Shown: piece by piece, positions 45,636-55,248 of the stretch
Numbering within the stretch: position 1 is the stretch's first letter
Layout of the letters: each line of letters starts with the position of its first letter
Assembly: GCA_965216885.1 (NCBI GenBank)
Contig: OZ244208.1
Location: forward strand, 730,848-794,847
Length of the DNA: 64,000 bases
From: Pirellulaceae bacterium
Lineage (GTDB): Bacteria > Planctomycetota > Planctomycetia > Pirellulales > Pirellulaceae
Direction of reading: 5' to 3'
Made by a program: the position numbers and the translations under genes
The notes under the pieces: model-generated
Database searches by the model: none
Seen by the model: only the letters and a program-made list of their open reading frames with translations
Told to the model about the DNA's origin: nothing

Positions 45636-45645
45636 CGATTACCCC

Positions 45646-45984
45646 CTACAGTTGCATCCGCGAAATTTCCTGGTATGCCTCGGTCACCTTGTTTCGGACT
45701 TCCATCAGAAATCGAAACGAGAGATCGGCCTTCGCAACCGACAGCACAACGTTGTGAATATTGTCTACGTTGCCGCTCATCAAATCCTTCATCGCCGCGT
45801 CGGCGGTCGATTGATCTGCGTTGGCGGACTGGACCACGTTCTGCACGACATCCATGAACGTCGTTTCACCGGACGCCTCTTGCGCTTGTGCACCGGGTTT
45901 CAGCGGTTGGCTGGCCGATGAGCCGGACCGAATTGCGTTGAGAGCATCAACTCCCTCGGCCTCTGAAATACGCGAAATACGCAT
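45646..45984 (-). CDS. fliE: Flagellar hook-basal body protein FliE
   Basis: 112 aa; the C-terminus VVLSVAKADLSFRFLMEVRNKVTEAYQEI is FliE-typical. Confidence 0.85.
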   Translation of the reverse strand: MRISRISEAEGVDALNAIRSGSSASQPLKPGAQAQEASGETTFMDVVQNVVQSANADQSTADAAMKDLMSGNVDNIHNVVLSVAKADLSFRFLMEVRNKVTEAYQEISRMQL

Positions 45985-45986
45985 GA

Positions 45987-46418
45987 CTAGATTCCCCGCA
46001 GTAGTTCGATTGCACTGTTGGCCATGTCGCGAAAGGAACGAAGAACTCGCAGGTTCGCTTCGTAACCGCGACTGGCCGTAATCAGGTCGACCATTTCGTT
46101 GGCCAGATTGACGTTGGGCATTTTCACGTAACCGTCATCATCTGCATCCGGGTGACCGGGTTGATAGATCATGGGGAACTCGGATTGATCCGGCTGGATC
46201 CCGACGACTTCGACGCCCGCCATTTCCTGATGACCCTTTAACGCATCCTGGTAGCTGGTTGCGAAGACGACTTCCTGTCGCTGATAGGGATTGCCGTTCT
46301 TGTCCCGCGTGGCGTTGGCGTTGGCAATGTTGTTCGCAATGACATCCATCCTCGCCCGCTCCGCCGAAAGGCCGGACGAGCTGATGTCGAACATCGATAC
46401 GTTTGAATTGGTGTTCAT
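45987..46418 (-). CDS. flgC: Flagellar proximal rod protein FlgC
   Basis: SGLSAERARMDVIANNIANANT at the N-terminus. Confidence 0.9.
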   Translation of the reverse strand: MNTNSNVSMFDISSSGLSAERARMDVIANNIANANATRDKNGNPYQRQEVVFATSYQDALKGHQEMAGVEVVGIQPDQSEFPMIYQPGHPDADDDGYVKMPNVNLANEMVDLITASRGYEANLRVLRSFRDMANSAIELLRGI

Positions 46419-46429
46419 GGTACGTTCGC

Positions 46430-46786
46430 CTACCGACCGGTAATCGCCGTTCTCAACATGCTGAGTTTCTGACCGAGCACATTGGAGAATGCGGAATACA
46501 CCAGTGCGTTGCGTTCCAGTTGCCCTGTCTCCATGGCAACGTCCACGTTGTTTCCGTCGCTACGTTCTTTCAGGCCTGCCGTGTGGCGAACTTCTGGTTC
46601 GAGGTCACTCATATCGACGTCGCCCGAGTTGATCTGTTCTTGCAGTTGGTCGTCGAACGCCACTTCCTGCGCGTGGTAGCCGGGCGTGTTGGCGTTCGCG
46701 AGGTTCTGTCCAACAACACGATGTCGCACGGCGGCTGCCGAGAGGACTTTGCTGATTAGATCGAGTTGTGGGTCCGTAACGTTCAT
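46430..46786 (-). CDS. flgB: Flagellar proximal rod protein FlgB
   Basis: VVGQNLANANTPGYHA motif. Confidence 0.88.
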   Translation of the reverse strand: MNVTDPQLDLISKVLSAAAVRHRVVGQNLANANTPGYHAQEVAFDDQLQEQINSGDVDMSDLEPEVRHTAGLKERSDGNNVDVAMETGQLERNALVYSAFSNVLGQKLSMLRTAITGR

Positions 46787-47173
46787 GTCAGCTGTATCGG
46801 CAGTGTCGATTGGGTTGCTCCATGTAAAAGGGGTTGCAAACCACCTCTCTCGGACTAGCTATGAATTGGGCGAAATGCGATTGGCGGGAAATGCCATAAA
46901 GCACATGCGCGATGGAGGAGCATCGTGCTCCTGTTGTCGTTTGGATGCTCTGGCGCAGTGTTAAACGTGTCTGATTGCCTCTGTCGCAGCTGTCCAAATG
47001 GCGTGCAATGCGGCGCCAATGCGCGTCTTGCGAATCAAGATAGCTCTGCCGACGAACGCACTACATTCAGCATGTGCGTTGTGGAGATTCCAGCTGATCG
47101 ATTGCGCGTTGGCGGTCATTGATCACGCGCGACTAGCTGCCGAGTATTCGTTGCCGAGTATTCGTTGCCGCGT

Positions 47174-48238
47174 TTAGGCGCCGCGTCGCATGCGGTAGAT
47201 GTAGGCGAGTATTTCCGCGACGGCCCGGAAGAGATCCGATGGAATTTCCTGGCCAACTTCGACGGCCGCGTACAGTGCCCTGGCGAGCGGTTTGCGTTCG
47301 AGGACCGGAATGCCATGCTCGGCGGCGAGTTCCCGAATGCGTTTGGCCATCAGTCCCTCGCCTTTGGCGACGACGATGGGAGTTTGCATCACACCACGTT
47401 CGTACTTGATGGCGATGGCCAGGTGAGTCGGGTTGGTAATCACGACGGAAGAGTCCTGGACATCCTGCAGCATACGGTTGCGAGCGGCCTCGCGCTGGAG
47501 TCGACGGAGGCGACCTTTAACCAGCGGATCGCCTTCGTTCTGCTTGTGTTCGTCCTTGATTTCCTGACGCGACATTTTCAGGTCTTCTTCCTGCTGCCAG
47601 CGCTGGTAAAAGTAATCCAACATGGCAATCGCCAGCAGCATGCCGCAGACCGCCCAGACGATATCAAGTGTGACGTCCCAGGTCAGGTTGATAGCGCCCA
47701 GCAGGCTGAGATGCGACGCGTTCTGGACGATATCAAGCTTCGAGTTCATGACCAGGATGGCCACGAAGCCAATGCCGGCAAGCTTGAGCACGCCCCAAAG
47801 TCCGCGAATGGAGGAGCGGATGGAAAACAGCTTCGAGTAGCCCTCGGCAGGAGACAGCTTGGACCACTTCAGTTGCATCGATTCCGATTGAATCTGAAAG
47901 CCAACCTGCGAGATATTGCCGCCCAGTCCTGCGAGGAAGCTGCCTGCGAAGAGTCCGCCCATAATTCGCAACGAAATCTGCAGCAGGATTTGCGACAGAA
48001 TCGACGTGTGTTCGATCGTCCATTCGCGGTGCTCCTGAAAGCGGGCCTCGCGTCGAATCAGGTCGGCGAGTTGTTGCATCATGTCGCCCGCGGTCCATGC
48101 GAGTACCGCGAAACCTGCCATCAGCAGAACCGTGGAACTCAGTTCCTGACTGAGGGCCACCTGTCCCTTCTTGCGCGCATCCTCGCGCTTCTTGGGAGTT
48201 GCCTGTTCGGTCTTCGACTGTGTTTGGTCGCCCGCCAT
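47174..48238 (-). CDS. flhB: Flagellar export apparatus protein FlhB
   Basis: 4-TM N-terminus and the NPTH autocleavage site (VITNPTHLAIAIKYE). Confidence 0.92.
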   Translation of the reverse strand: MAGDQTQSKTEQATPKKREDARKKGQVALSQELSSTVLLMAGFAVLAWTAGDMMQQLADLIRREARFQEHREWTIEHTSILSQILLQISLRIMGGLFAGSFLAGLGGNISQVGFQIQSESMQLKWSKLSPAEGYSKLFSIRSSIRGLWGVLKLAGIGFVAILVMNSKLDIVQNASHLSLLGAINLTWDVTLDIVWAVCGMLLAIAMLDYFYQRWQQEEDLKMSRQEIKDEHKQNEGDPLVKGRLRRLQREAARNRMLQDVQDSSVVITNPTHLAIAIKYERGVMQTPIVVAKGEGLMAKRIRELAAEHGIPVLERKPLARALYAAVEVGQEIPSDLFRAVAEILAYIYRMRRGA

Positions 48239-48345
48239 GAAGCGTGGTTCCGGGAATCGGCTTCAGCGGAGTTGCTGGCCGGTTCCATGCTGAAATTCGT
48301 GGTTTAATGAAGTTGTGCGGGCAGCGTCGGTTGCTGTCACCCGAT

Positions 48346-49122
48346 TTAGAATAGCCACCGCCAGACGTCGGGTTGTGATTCGAAGAAGTTGGCCAGGTTG
48401 GTCAGCACCGTGGGCAGAAACGCAAGGAACGCAATCAGGCCCACAGCGAACCGCACCGGGATACCAACCGAAAACAGATTGACGTGAGGGACGGATTTCA
48501 TGGCCACCCCCAGTACAACGGTGGTGGTGAACAGGCAGAGGGCGATCGGAGCAATCAGCAACAGGCTGACTTCGTGTGTCTGGTTCAAACCGTGAGCGAA
48601 AAACGTCTCGGCAAATGCCCGAAGATCATTCGCAATGTTCTTGTGATAGATCGACGCGTACAACGCCATCAGCACCGTGTGATGTGTATTGGTTCCAAAG
48701 AAAATGAGAATCCCCAGTGACTCCAGCAACGCACCGGCTTCGTTGGAAGTCGAGTCGGCTCCGGGGTCGGTAATGCCGCCCAGATTGAATCCCATCTCCT
48801 GCCCGATATAGATGCCCGCCATGCGCATGGGCAACATCATCAGGCCCAGGATGGTTCCCAGAATTCCGCCGATCAGTAGTTCGCGTGCCGCGCCGGTCAG
48901 CATGGCGAAGCCCGTCATTTGGGAAATTCCGTTTGCCGACTGTGCGGTAAATTCGGGCAGCCACGCGATCGTCAAACCCATGCAGATGCCAGTCTTGATC
49001 AGATGTGGCACGTACTTACGGGCGAAGATCGGGAATGTCAGAATGAAGGCGGAGACGCGCGTTAACAGGAACAGGAAGGCGACCAGCCATCCGTGACCCA
49101 ACTGAAATTCGGCGGCGTTCAT
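48346..49122 (-). CDS. fliR: Flagellar export apparatus protein FliR
   Basis: Multi-TM protein with the FliR signature FLLTRVSAFILTFPIF. I chose the Met at 49122. Confidence 0.85.
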   Translation of the reverse strand: MNAAEFQLGHGWLVAFLFLLTRVSAFILTFPIFARKYVPHLIKTGICMGLTIAWLPEFTAQSANGISQMTGFAMLTGAARELLIGGILGTILGLMMLPMRMAGIYIGQEMGFNLGGITDPGADSTSNEAGALLESLGILIFFGTNTHHTVLMALYASIYHKNIANDLRAFAETFFAHGLNQTHEVSLLLIAPIALCLFTTTVVLGVAMKSVPHVNLFSVGIPVRFAVGLIAFLAFLPTVLTNLANFFESQPDVWRWLF

Positions 49123-49388
49123 TGGGTCACCTGCGACAGGTACCAGAACATGCGCTGGGTGAAGTTCACCAGCACTCGCAGCGACCATGGCATCGTGAAC
49201 GCCAGCACGATCGCGACGGCAATGATCCTTGGTGCGAACGTCAGCGTCTGTTCCTGAATGCTGGTCACCGTCTGGAAAATGCTAATGCACAATCCCACGG
49301 CAAGGCTGACCGCGACGGTCGGAAACGCCAACAGGATAGCCGTATAGAGTAGCTCGCGACCGATGAGGATGGCTTCTTCGGGAGGCAT
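49119..49388 (-). CDS. fliQ: Flagellar export apparatus protein FliQ
   Basis: 89-aa two-TM protein with the LLAFPTVAVSLAVGLCISIFQTVTSIQEQTL motif. It overlaps fliR by 4 nt. Confidence 0.9.
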   Translation of the reverse strand: MPPEEAILIGRELLYTAILLAFPTVAVSLAVGLCISIFQTVTSIQEQTLTFAPRIIAVAIVLAFTMPWSLRVLVNFTQRMFWYLSQVTQ

Positions 49389-49404
49389 GGGAATCCTTTC
49401 GCCG

Positions 49405-50130
49405 TCACAGAAAACTCATACCGAGACCACGGGCGACGAGGTGCCACCCATCCACCACCACGAACAACAGCAGCTTGATCGGTGCGGACACCACGACCGG
49501 TGGCATCATCATCATGCCCAGTGACATCAGGATCGTGGAAACCAGCAGGTCGACCAGGACGAACGGAATGTAGATGCAGAATCCCATAATGAAGGACGTC
49601 TTCAGTTCGCTAATCATGTAGGCGGGAATCAACACGCGTATAGGCGTTTCCTCGGCGGATGACAGCGGTTCCATGCGTGCCATCTGCAGGAAGAGCGCAA
49701 GGTCGTTCTTGCGGGTGTGCTTCAACATGAACGCATGCATTTCGACACTGGAACGTTCGATGGCCACCGCTCCCGAGATTTCCTTGTTGGCATACGGAGC
49801 AATCGCGTTGCTTTGAATGGCGTCCAGTGTTGGGCCCATCGTGAATGCGGTCATGAACATGGCCAAACCCACCAACGACGCGTTCGGCGGAATCTCCTGC
49901 GTTGTCATGGCGCGACGAACGAAGGACAGCACGATCACGATGCGCGTGAAAGATGTAATACTGATCAACGCCGTGGTCAGAAACGCGAGGGCGCCCATGA
50001 ATAGCGCCATTTGCAACGGTGGCGCAAGGCCCTCGAACATGCTCGATTCCGTCGCCATGCGTAGCGCTTCAACGGGTGCTTCAAAGCTGTTGATGGGCGC
50101 CGTTTCGCCCGCTCCGCCAGTTACGTCCAT
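49405..50130 (-). CDS. fliP: Flagellar export apparatus protein FliP
   Basis: TSFTRIVIVLSFVRRAMTTQEIPPN is the FliP signature. Confidence 0.92.
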   Translation of the reverse strand: MDVTGGAGETAPINSFEAPVEALRMATESSMFEGLAPPLQMALFMGALAFLTTALISITSFTRIVIVLSFVRRAMTTQEIPPNASLVGLAMFMTAFTMGPTLDAIQSNAIAPYANKEISGAVAIERSSVEMHAFMLKHTRKNDLALFLQMARMEPLSSAEETPIRVLIPAYMISELKTSFIMGFCIYIPFVLVDLLVSTILMSLGMMMMPPVVVSAPIKLLLFVVVDGWHLVARGLGMSFL

Positions 50131-50900
50131 CCTGCAGAGGCTCCCAGTGGTTTGGCGGCAGAGTTCTTCCTGTCGAGTTGCCAGCCATGAGCCGACGCCT
50201 CTTCCAGATTCATGGCTCGATTGCGAATACCTGCCGGGCGCGCCACGTTCGCGGCTGCTCGGCGAATGGCGTTTTCGTCTGATTCACTGCTGAGCCCCGT
50301 TTCTTCTTCGGTATCCAGGCTGGCTTCAAGGCTGGCGTCGAAACCCGCGCGAATGGGGACGATTTCTCGCATACCCGATGCATCGCGACCCACCAGCACC
50401 AGTTGGTCCTGCACGCTGACAAGATGAAGGCAACAGCGGGGAGCGACGTAGACCGTGTCCAGCACCTCCATATCACCTCGCCGCGACGCGTTTCGTTTGC
50501 GTGCGTTGGTGAACCGGGTAAACAGAATCAGGGCGAAGAACAGCGACGTTGCCAGCACCAATCCAAGGACCAGTCGTCCAAGTAATCCAGAAACATCCAT
50601 GTCCGGCGCGAATTCGAATGCCGGTGGTGGGTACTTTCCAAAGGCCGCCATCGGCTCGGCTGTTTCTTTGGTGGTATCGTCGGTTTCGGGTGCTTGCAGA
50701 CCGTCGGTCGATTCGAAGTGTTCGTTCGTGCCGGAAGCATGTGCTGCGTAAAAGTCGCTGGCTGTCATCGTTGGGGCGGAGCTACCTGTCACCGATTCAC
50801 GATCGGTGGGCGCGACGTAGTGCACCATCGCTTCGTCCGCGGGGCTGCCGGCGGCGAAAGCAAGCGTTAGCAGGAGTGACAGAATTGCGAGATTTCGCAT
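50121..50900 (-). CDS. fliO: Flagellar biosynthesis protein FliO-like
   Basis: Single TM, and MEVLDTVYVAPRCCLHLVSVQDQLVLVG matches the FliO/FliZ conserved region. I chose the Met at 50900. Confidence 0.65.
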   Translation of the reverse strand: MRNLAILSLLLTLAFAAGSPADEAMVHYVAPTDRESVTGSSAPTMTASDFYAAHASGTNEHFESTDGLQAPETDDTTKETAEPMAAFGKYPPPAFEFAPDMDVSGLLGRLVLGLVLATSLFFALILFTRFTNARKRNASRRGDMEVLDTVYVAPRCCLHLVSVQDQLVLVGRDASGMREIVPIRAGFDASLEASLDTEEETGLSSESDENAIRRAAANVARPAGIRNRAMNLEEASAHGWQLDRKNSAAKPLGASAGWT

Positions 50901-50907
50901 GCGTTTA

Positions 50908-51315
50908 CTACTCGGCGGGAGCTTCAATTTCCTTGATGCGGATCGCGAAGCAGTCGTCGACGACCACGATCTCTCCGCGTGCCAGCCGCACACCCTGTGA
51001 GACAAGGTCTACCGGTTCGCCGATCGGCCGATCCAGTCGCAGGACCGAACCCTCGCCGATGTGTAGCAGCTCGCCGATGGGAATCTGCACTCGCCCGAGT
51101 TCCGCCCACACGTCGACGCGCACTTCGCGGAAACGATCGAGACTCGATGCAGCCCCTTTGCCGCCACGGTTTTCGACCAGCGACGTAAACTCGGGTGTGC
51201 TCGCCACCACCGATTCTTCAGCTGTCGGCTCGGCGACGGCCTGGTCGGTTGCGGCGCCTGCCGAGTCCGTTGAATTGCCAGTTGCAGCATCGACGTTGTT
51301 GTCTTCATCCGTCAT
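50908..51315 (-). CDS. fliN: Flagellar motor switch protein FliN
   Basis: C-terminal SpoA domain VDVWAELGRVQIPIGELLHIGEGSVLRLDRPIGEPVDLV. Confidence 0.88.
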   Translation of the reverse strand: MTDEDNNVDAATGNSTDSAGAATDQAVAEPTAEESVVASTPEFTSLVENRGGKGAASSLDRFREVRVDVWAELGRVQIPIGELLHIGEGSVLRLDRPIGEPVDLVSQGVRLARGEIVVVDDCFAIRIKEIEAPAE

Positions 51316-51583
51316 CGGAATCGCTCCTTCTCATCAGTTTCGCGAGCGTGTCGTTTAACGACGACCTAAGCTGTAGTGAAACTTCATCCGTTTCATACTT
51401 CGAGCCGAATCACTGTTGGACTTGAGTGATTACGAAAGGTTTGTCGGTCCCGGCGCGTGAGCGAACTGCAACGCCAGGGCAGGTAGAGACAACCATTAAA
51501 AAGCAAGTCAGCAGGTGCAGTTTGGCTCGCAGCCCGTAACTCGGGCGAACGACCGAATTAAGGAACCAATTGAAAGTTGATTC

Positions 51584-52363
51584 ATGGACATTGCAACAGT
51601 AGTGGGACTGCTCCTGGGCCTGGGACTTGTTTTGTCGTCGATCATGATGGGATCGGGGGGACTCGCTCCGTTCATCAACATTCCCTCGGCGATGATCACT
51701 ATTGGAGGTTCGTTTGCGGCGATCCTCATCAACTTCCCGCTCAAACCCGTTTTGAGTTTGCCCGCGATCATTATGAACTGCTTCTTTGACAGGCTTCCGA
51801 ATCCGAACGAGGTGATCGGACAGTTCACGGAGTTCGCTGCCATCGCACGGAAGGATGGCTTGTTGGCGCTCGATGCGAAGACCGAGGATATCAAGGATCG
51901 CTTCATGCGTAACGGCATGGTGCTGGTCGTCGCGGGAATGTCCAAGGAAGACATCGAACTGATTATGGACGTAGAAGTGAACTACATTGACGAACGCCAC
52001 AAGATGGGAAAGAAGATTATCGACGCGTTGGGTGCTGCGGCTCCGGCGTTCGGTATGGTGGGAACGCTGATCGGTCTCGTGCAGATGCTTCGTTCTCTGG
52101 ATGATCCAAGCCAGATTGGTGGCGGTATGGCGACGGCCCTTTTGACGACGCTGTACGGAGCTCTAATGGCGAACCTGTTCTGTATTCCGCTGGCTGGAAA
52201 GCTGGAAGCGAGAAACAAGGACGAAATCATGGTCCGCGAACTCATCGTCAGCGGCCTGGTAGGCCTGATTGAAGGGCATCCACCGCGTTCGGTCCACGGT
52301 CGACTGACTGCGTTCCTGTCACCAGGTGCGCGACCCTCCGAGGAATCCGCCACGGCAGCGTAA
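51584..52363 (+). CDS. motA: Flagellar stator protein MotA (MotA/TolQ/ExbB family)
   Basis: 4 TM plus a large cytoplasmic loop, and FGMVGTLIGLVQML through TTLYGALMANL. Confidence 0.88.
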   Translation: MDIATVVGLLLGLGLVLSSIMMGSGGLAPFINIPSAMITIGGSFAAILINFPLKPVLSLPAIIMNCFFDRLPNPNEVIGQFTEFAAIARKDGLLALDAKTEDIKDRFMRNGMVLVVAGMSKEDIELIMDVEVNYIDERHKMGKKIIDALGAAAPAFGMVGTLIGLVQMLRSLDDPSQIGGGMATALLTTLYGALMANLFCIPLAGKLEARNKDEIMVRELIVSGLVGLIEGHPPRSVHGRLTAFLSPGARPSEESATAA

Positions 52364-52379
52364 CCAACGGGAGATCAGC

Positions 52380-53018
52380 ATGGCAAGAAAACCAGACGAT
52401 CCGCCTGCAGACATACCCGCATGGGTGATGACGTTCAGCGACGTGATTACGCTGCTGATGACGTTCTTTATCCTGCTGCTGACGTTTGCAACCAACGAAC
52501 CGGAGTCCTACGGCAAGTCTCAGGCCAGCATGTTCGGCGGCTCGGGAGCGTCCGGGATCGTTGGTGATTTCACCACGCAGAATGACTCCGTCCTGATGCG
52601 TGCTCGTACGCGTGCCGGTCGTGCGACCAGTCGCGGATCGGAGATGCCGCCTATGAAGACGGCTCCGGTCACGAAGGCCATGGCCAAGGGGATTGCTGGT
52701 CTCGAGACGGAAGAGATGCGAGACCTGTCCAGTTCGCACTCCATTCGCCTGCCATGGTCGTCCCTGCTGGAGGGTGACAAACTAACCAGTTCCGGCGAAC
52801 AACAGATGCGGATGCTGGCGTTTCAGATTCATCGGCAGCAGTTCTCCGTTCAGTTGTCCGCGGCCAATGAGCAGCGGTTGGAGTCGGCACTGAAAATCTA
52901 CGAACACCTGATCTCGACCGGTCAAGTGAAGCCCTTCGACATGAGCGTCGAAAAGAACAACCGCGTTCCTGCGGACGTTCTGGAAATTGTAATTTCGAAA
53001 CAGTTCACCGAAGAATGA
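52380..53018 (+). CDS. motB: MotB-like stator subunit 1 (N-terminal plug/TM with the conserved Asp; C-terminal OmpA-like domain divergent)
   Basis: RBS GGGAG upstream. WVMTFSDVITLLMTFFILLL carries the MotB TM Asp motif. It sits directly downstream of motA. Confidence 0.7.
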   Translation: MARKPDDPPADIPAWVMTFSDVITLLMTFFILLLTFATNEPESYGKSQASMFGGSGASGIVGDFTTQNDSVLMRARTRAGRATSRGSEMPPMKTAPVTKAMAKGIAGLETEEMRDLSSSHSIRLPWSSLLEGDKLTSSGEQQMRMLAFQIHRQQFSVQLSAANEQRLESALKIYEHLISTGQVKPFDMSVEKNNRVPADVLEIVISKQFTEE

Positions 53019-53019
53019 C

Positions 53020-53766
53020 ATGGCACGGCAGGAAAAACCAGAAGATCCCGGCCCCAGTAAGCTCTATCTGCTGTCGTTCGGCGACACGATGACGACGCTC
53101 CTGGCGTTCTTCATCATTCTGTGTTCCATGGCCGACGACCAGAGCGGAGCCAATCTCTATTCCGGAACGGGCTCCTTCGTCAACGCCTTCGACGGCGCCG
53201 GGGGCGCCGGGAAATTCTCGACGGCAACTTCTGACCGGGCCGTTGAACTGGATCACGCCAGTCCCCGTTATCCCGTGCCTGGCGAAGACGGCGAGTCGGG
53301 AAATCCGGCGACCGGTCCGGACGAAGATAACGGCTTGCGGTCAATCGATCGCGAGAAGGAAGAAATGCAGCGTTTCCTGAATGAGATCGAACGACTTGCA
53401 GACGTCGACAAGGAGGCCGAAACAGTCGGCGAGGTGACGTTCGACTTCTTCAAACGACTCAACGAGGAAGCTCCCGTTATTCCGCCGACCTACAACTCAA
53501 TGTTGGCCCAGGTTGTCCCGGTATTGCGAGCCAACACGCATCGTGTGGAGGTGATCGTCTGGGCAAAGAATCCCGGACCCTTCGCGGTTCGCATCGCGAC
53601 GAATCAGTCATCCGCCGTCGCCACGGAACTGGTCGAACGGGTTGGACTGAATGACGAACAGCAGTCGCGGTTGCGGGCGGTTGGAAAACCGTGGCGGTTC
53701 TCGGATCACAAGCGGCCGATTCTCTCGGTGGTGATCCGAAAAGTCGAGGAGCGGAAGTCGGCGTAG
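53020..53766 (+). CDS. MotB-like stator subunit 2 (paralog)
   Basis: LLSFGDTMTTLLAFFIILCS is a MotB-like TM with the Asp. It starts 1 nt after the previous stop. Confidence 0.65.
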   Translation: MARQEKPEDPGPSKLYLLSFGDTMTTLLAFFIILCSMADDQSGANLYSGTGSFVNAFDGAGGAGKFSTATSDRAVELDHASPRYPVPGEDGESGNPATGPDEDNGLRSIDREKEEMQRFLNEIERLADVDKEAETVGEVTFDFFKRLNEEAPVIPPTYNSMLAQVVPVLRANTHRVEVIVWAKNPGPFAVRIATNQSSAVATELVERVGLNDEQQSRLRAVGKPWRFSDHKRPILSVVIRKVEERKSA

Positions 53767-53794
53767 CGCTATACTGCCCGGTGTGAGCTTCCGG

Positions 53795-55228
53795 CTATCT
53801 CAGGAAGTCCAGCAGATTCACATCGAACGAACCGGCGGCCGTCGCATAGACGTATTCCAACAGTGTCTGTTCGGTCTGTAGCTGCAGGATCACTTCGGTC
53901 AGGTCCGCGTTTTCGACGTCTCCGATCGCAATACGCGTCTCCAGTTGCGCTTCCTGTGTTCGTGTCTCGATCCAGTCGAGATTTTCCAGGTCAACCGCCT
54001 GCTCGCCGACAACGTCCAGCATGTGATCCAGCAGTCGATCGATGTCCGCCTGGCGATTGGACATCTCGTGCTGGAATTCACCACTGCCGAATTCTTCTCG
54101 TGACTCCAGCAGATCGCGTAGTTCGATAAGGGCTTCGAAGACATCAATCGAACCCACGTACGACAGGTCTTCGGTTCCGGTGCGAGTGACATTGGCGGTG
54201 TCGACGTTGGTTACCTCGCCCGTCGTTGAACTGATGAGCTGCTGGTTGTTGGAGAAGTCGATCGCCAGCGACGTAGCGCCGCCGTCATTGGAAATCGTCC
54301 CGTTGGCTTCGATTTCGACATTGCCCGAGGCGGTCGGGGCGACTGCCGAAAGATCGACATGGACGACTTCTCCGTTGGGTCCCGTTACGGCGAGGTCTGT
54401 CGAAGTCGCATCGAACGCAATGGCAACGCCGCCGTTCAGGCTGACGGTCTGGCCACTGCCGGTGTCCGTGATAGTGAGGTTGTGCGTGCCACGTTCGCCA
54501 ATCACGGTATCGCCACCGACGGAGCTCGCTCCCGGTGTGACACCGGCAATGCCAAAGTACTGGGTCGAGGTGTGCTGTATCTGCAATTGCCCGTCGCCCG
54601 AGCCGGTATCCGAGCCCGTTCCCGATCGTGCGCCCGTGTCTCCGAAGTAGCTTGTTTCGCCACGATCGGTCAGGCGGAAGACTTCCTCGCCCGAGTACAT
54701 GACATCGACCGTCTGGAATGGTCCCACGATCGTCTGCGACCGTTGGTTGGATCCGGCATACGCCACCGCAGCAATACGGCCCTCAGCATCGTAGGCGGTA
54801 ACTTCATAGGCCGGTCCGTCGTTGGAAGTCCCGGCGAACAGCGCACCTCCACCTTCGGTGGAATTCGCGACATTCAACATCTGTTCCAGAATCGCGTTGA
54901 CCGACTGGGCGAGCGTGCGGGGTTCCTGGGATTGCACTCCTTCCAATGCCAGATCGCGCGCGTCTCGCATCCGCTCGACGGCAGAACGCAAATGTGAATT
55001 GCTTTGACCGAGTCGGGATCGGGCGGTCGAGATGTTTTGCAGGTCGACTTCCATGCGGGCGTCGATGGCCTTGTGCCCCAGCAGCGACCCCATCGCGCCG
55101 GGATCGTCCGACGGCCTTTCAATCCGCAGTCCGGTCGTCAATTGCTGTTGGAGCCGCAGGATTTCCTGCGTGCGACTTCGGGCTTCGCGAGAAACCTGTT
55201 CGTTGAACGACTGTTGCGTAACTCTCAT
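53795..55228 (-). CDS. flgL: Flagellar hook-associated protein 3 (FlgL)
   Basis: Flagellin-like N-terminus (GLRIERPSDDPG) and C-terminus (LQTEQTLLEYVYATAAGSFDVNLLDFL), downstream of flgK. Confidence 0.75.
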   Translation of the reverse strand: MRVTQQSFNEQVSREARSRTQEILRLQQQLTTGLRIERPSDDPGAMGSLLGHKAIDARMEVDLQNISTARSRLGQSNSHLRSAVERMRDARDLALEGVQSQEPRTLAQSVNAILEQMLNVANSTEGGGALFAGTSNDGPAYEVTAYDAEGRIAAVAYAGSNQRSQTIVGPFQTVDVMYSGEEVFRLTDRGETSYFGDTGARSGTGSDTGSGDGQLQIQHTSTQYFGIAGVTPGASSVGGDTVIGERGTHNLTITDTGSGQTVSLNGGVAIAFDATSTDLAVTGPNGEVVHVDLSAVAPTASGNVEIEANGTISNDGGATSLAIDFSNNQQLISSTTGEVTNVDTANVTRTGTEDLSYVGSIDVFEALIELRDLLESREEFGSGEFQHEMSNRQADIDRLLDHMLDVVGEQAVDLENLDWIETRTQEAQLETRIAIGDVENADLTEVILQLQTEQTLLEYVYATAAGSFDVNLLDFLR

Positions 55229-55248
55229 ATTGGTTCGCCAGTTGAATG

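Noticed and set aside
47165-48307. 380-aa plus-strand ORF antisense to flhB
   Set aside because: FlhB on the minus strand is definitive (NPTH motif, 4 TM). The antisense frame is open only because of GC bias.
51410-52000. Minus-strand ORF (196 aa) overlapping motA
   Set aside because: The plus-strand frame encodes a canonical MotA (TTLYGALMANL); the antisense translation is His/Arg-rich nonsense.
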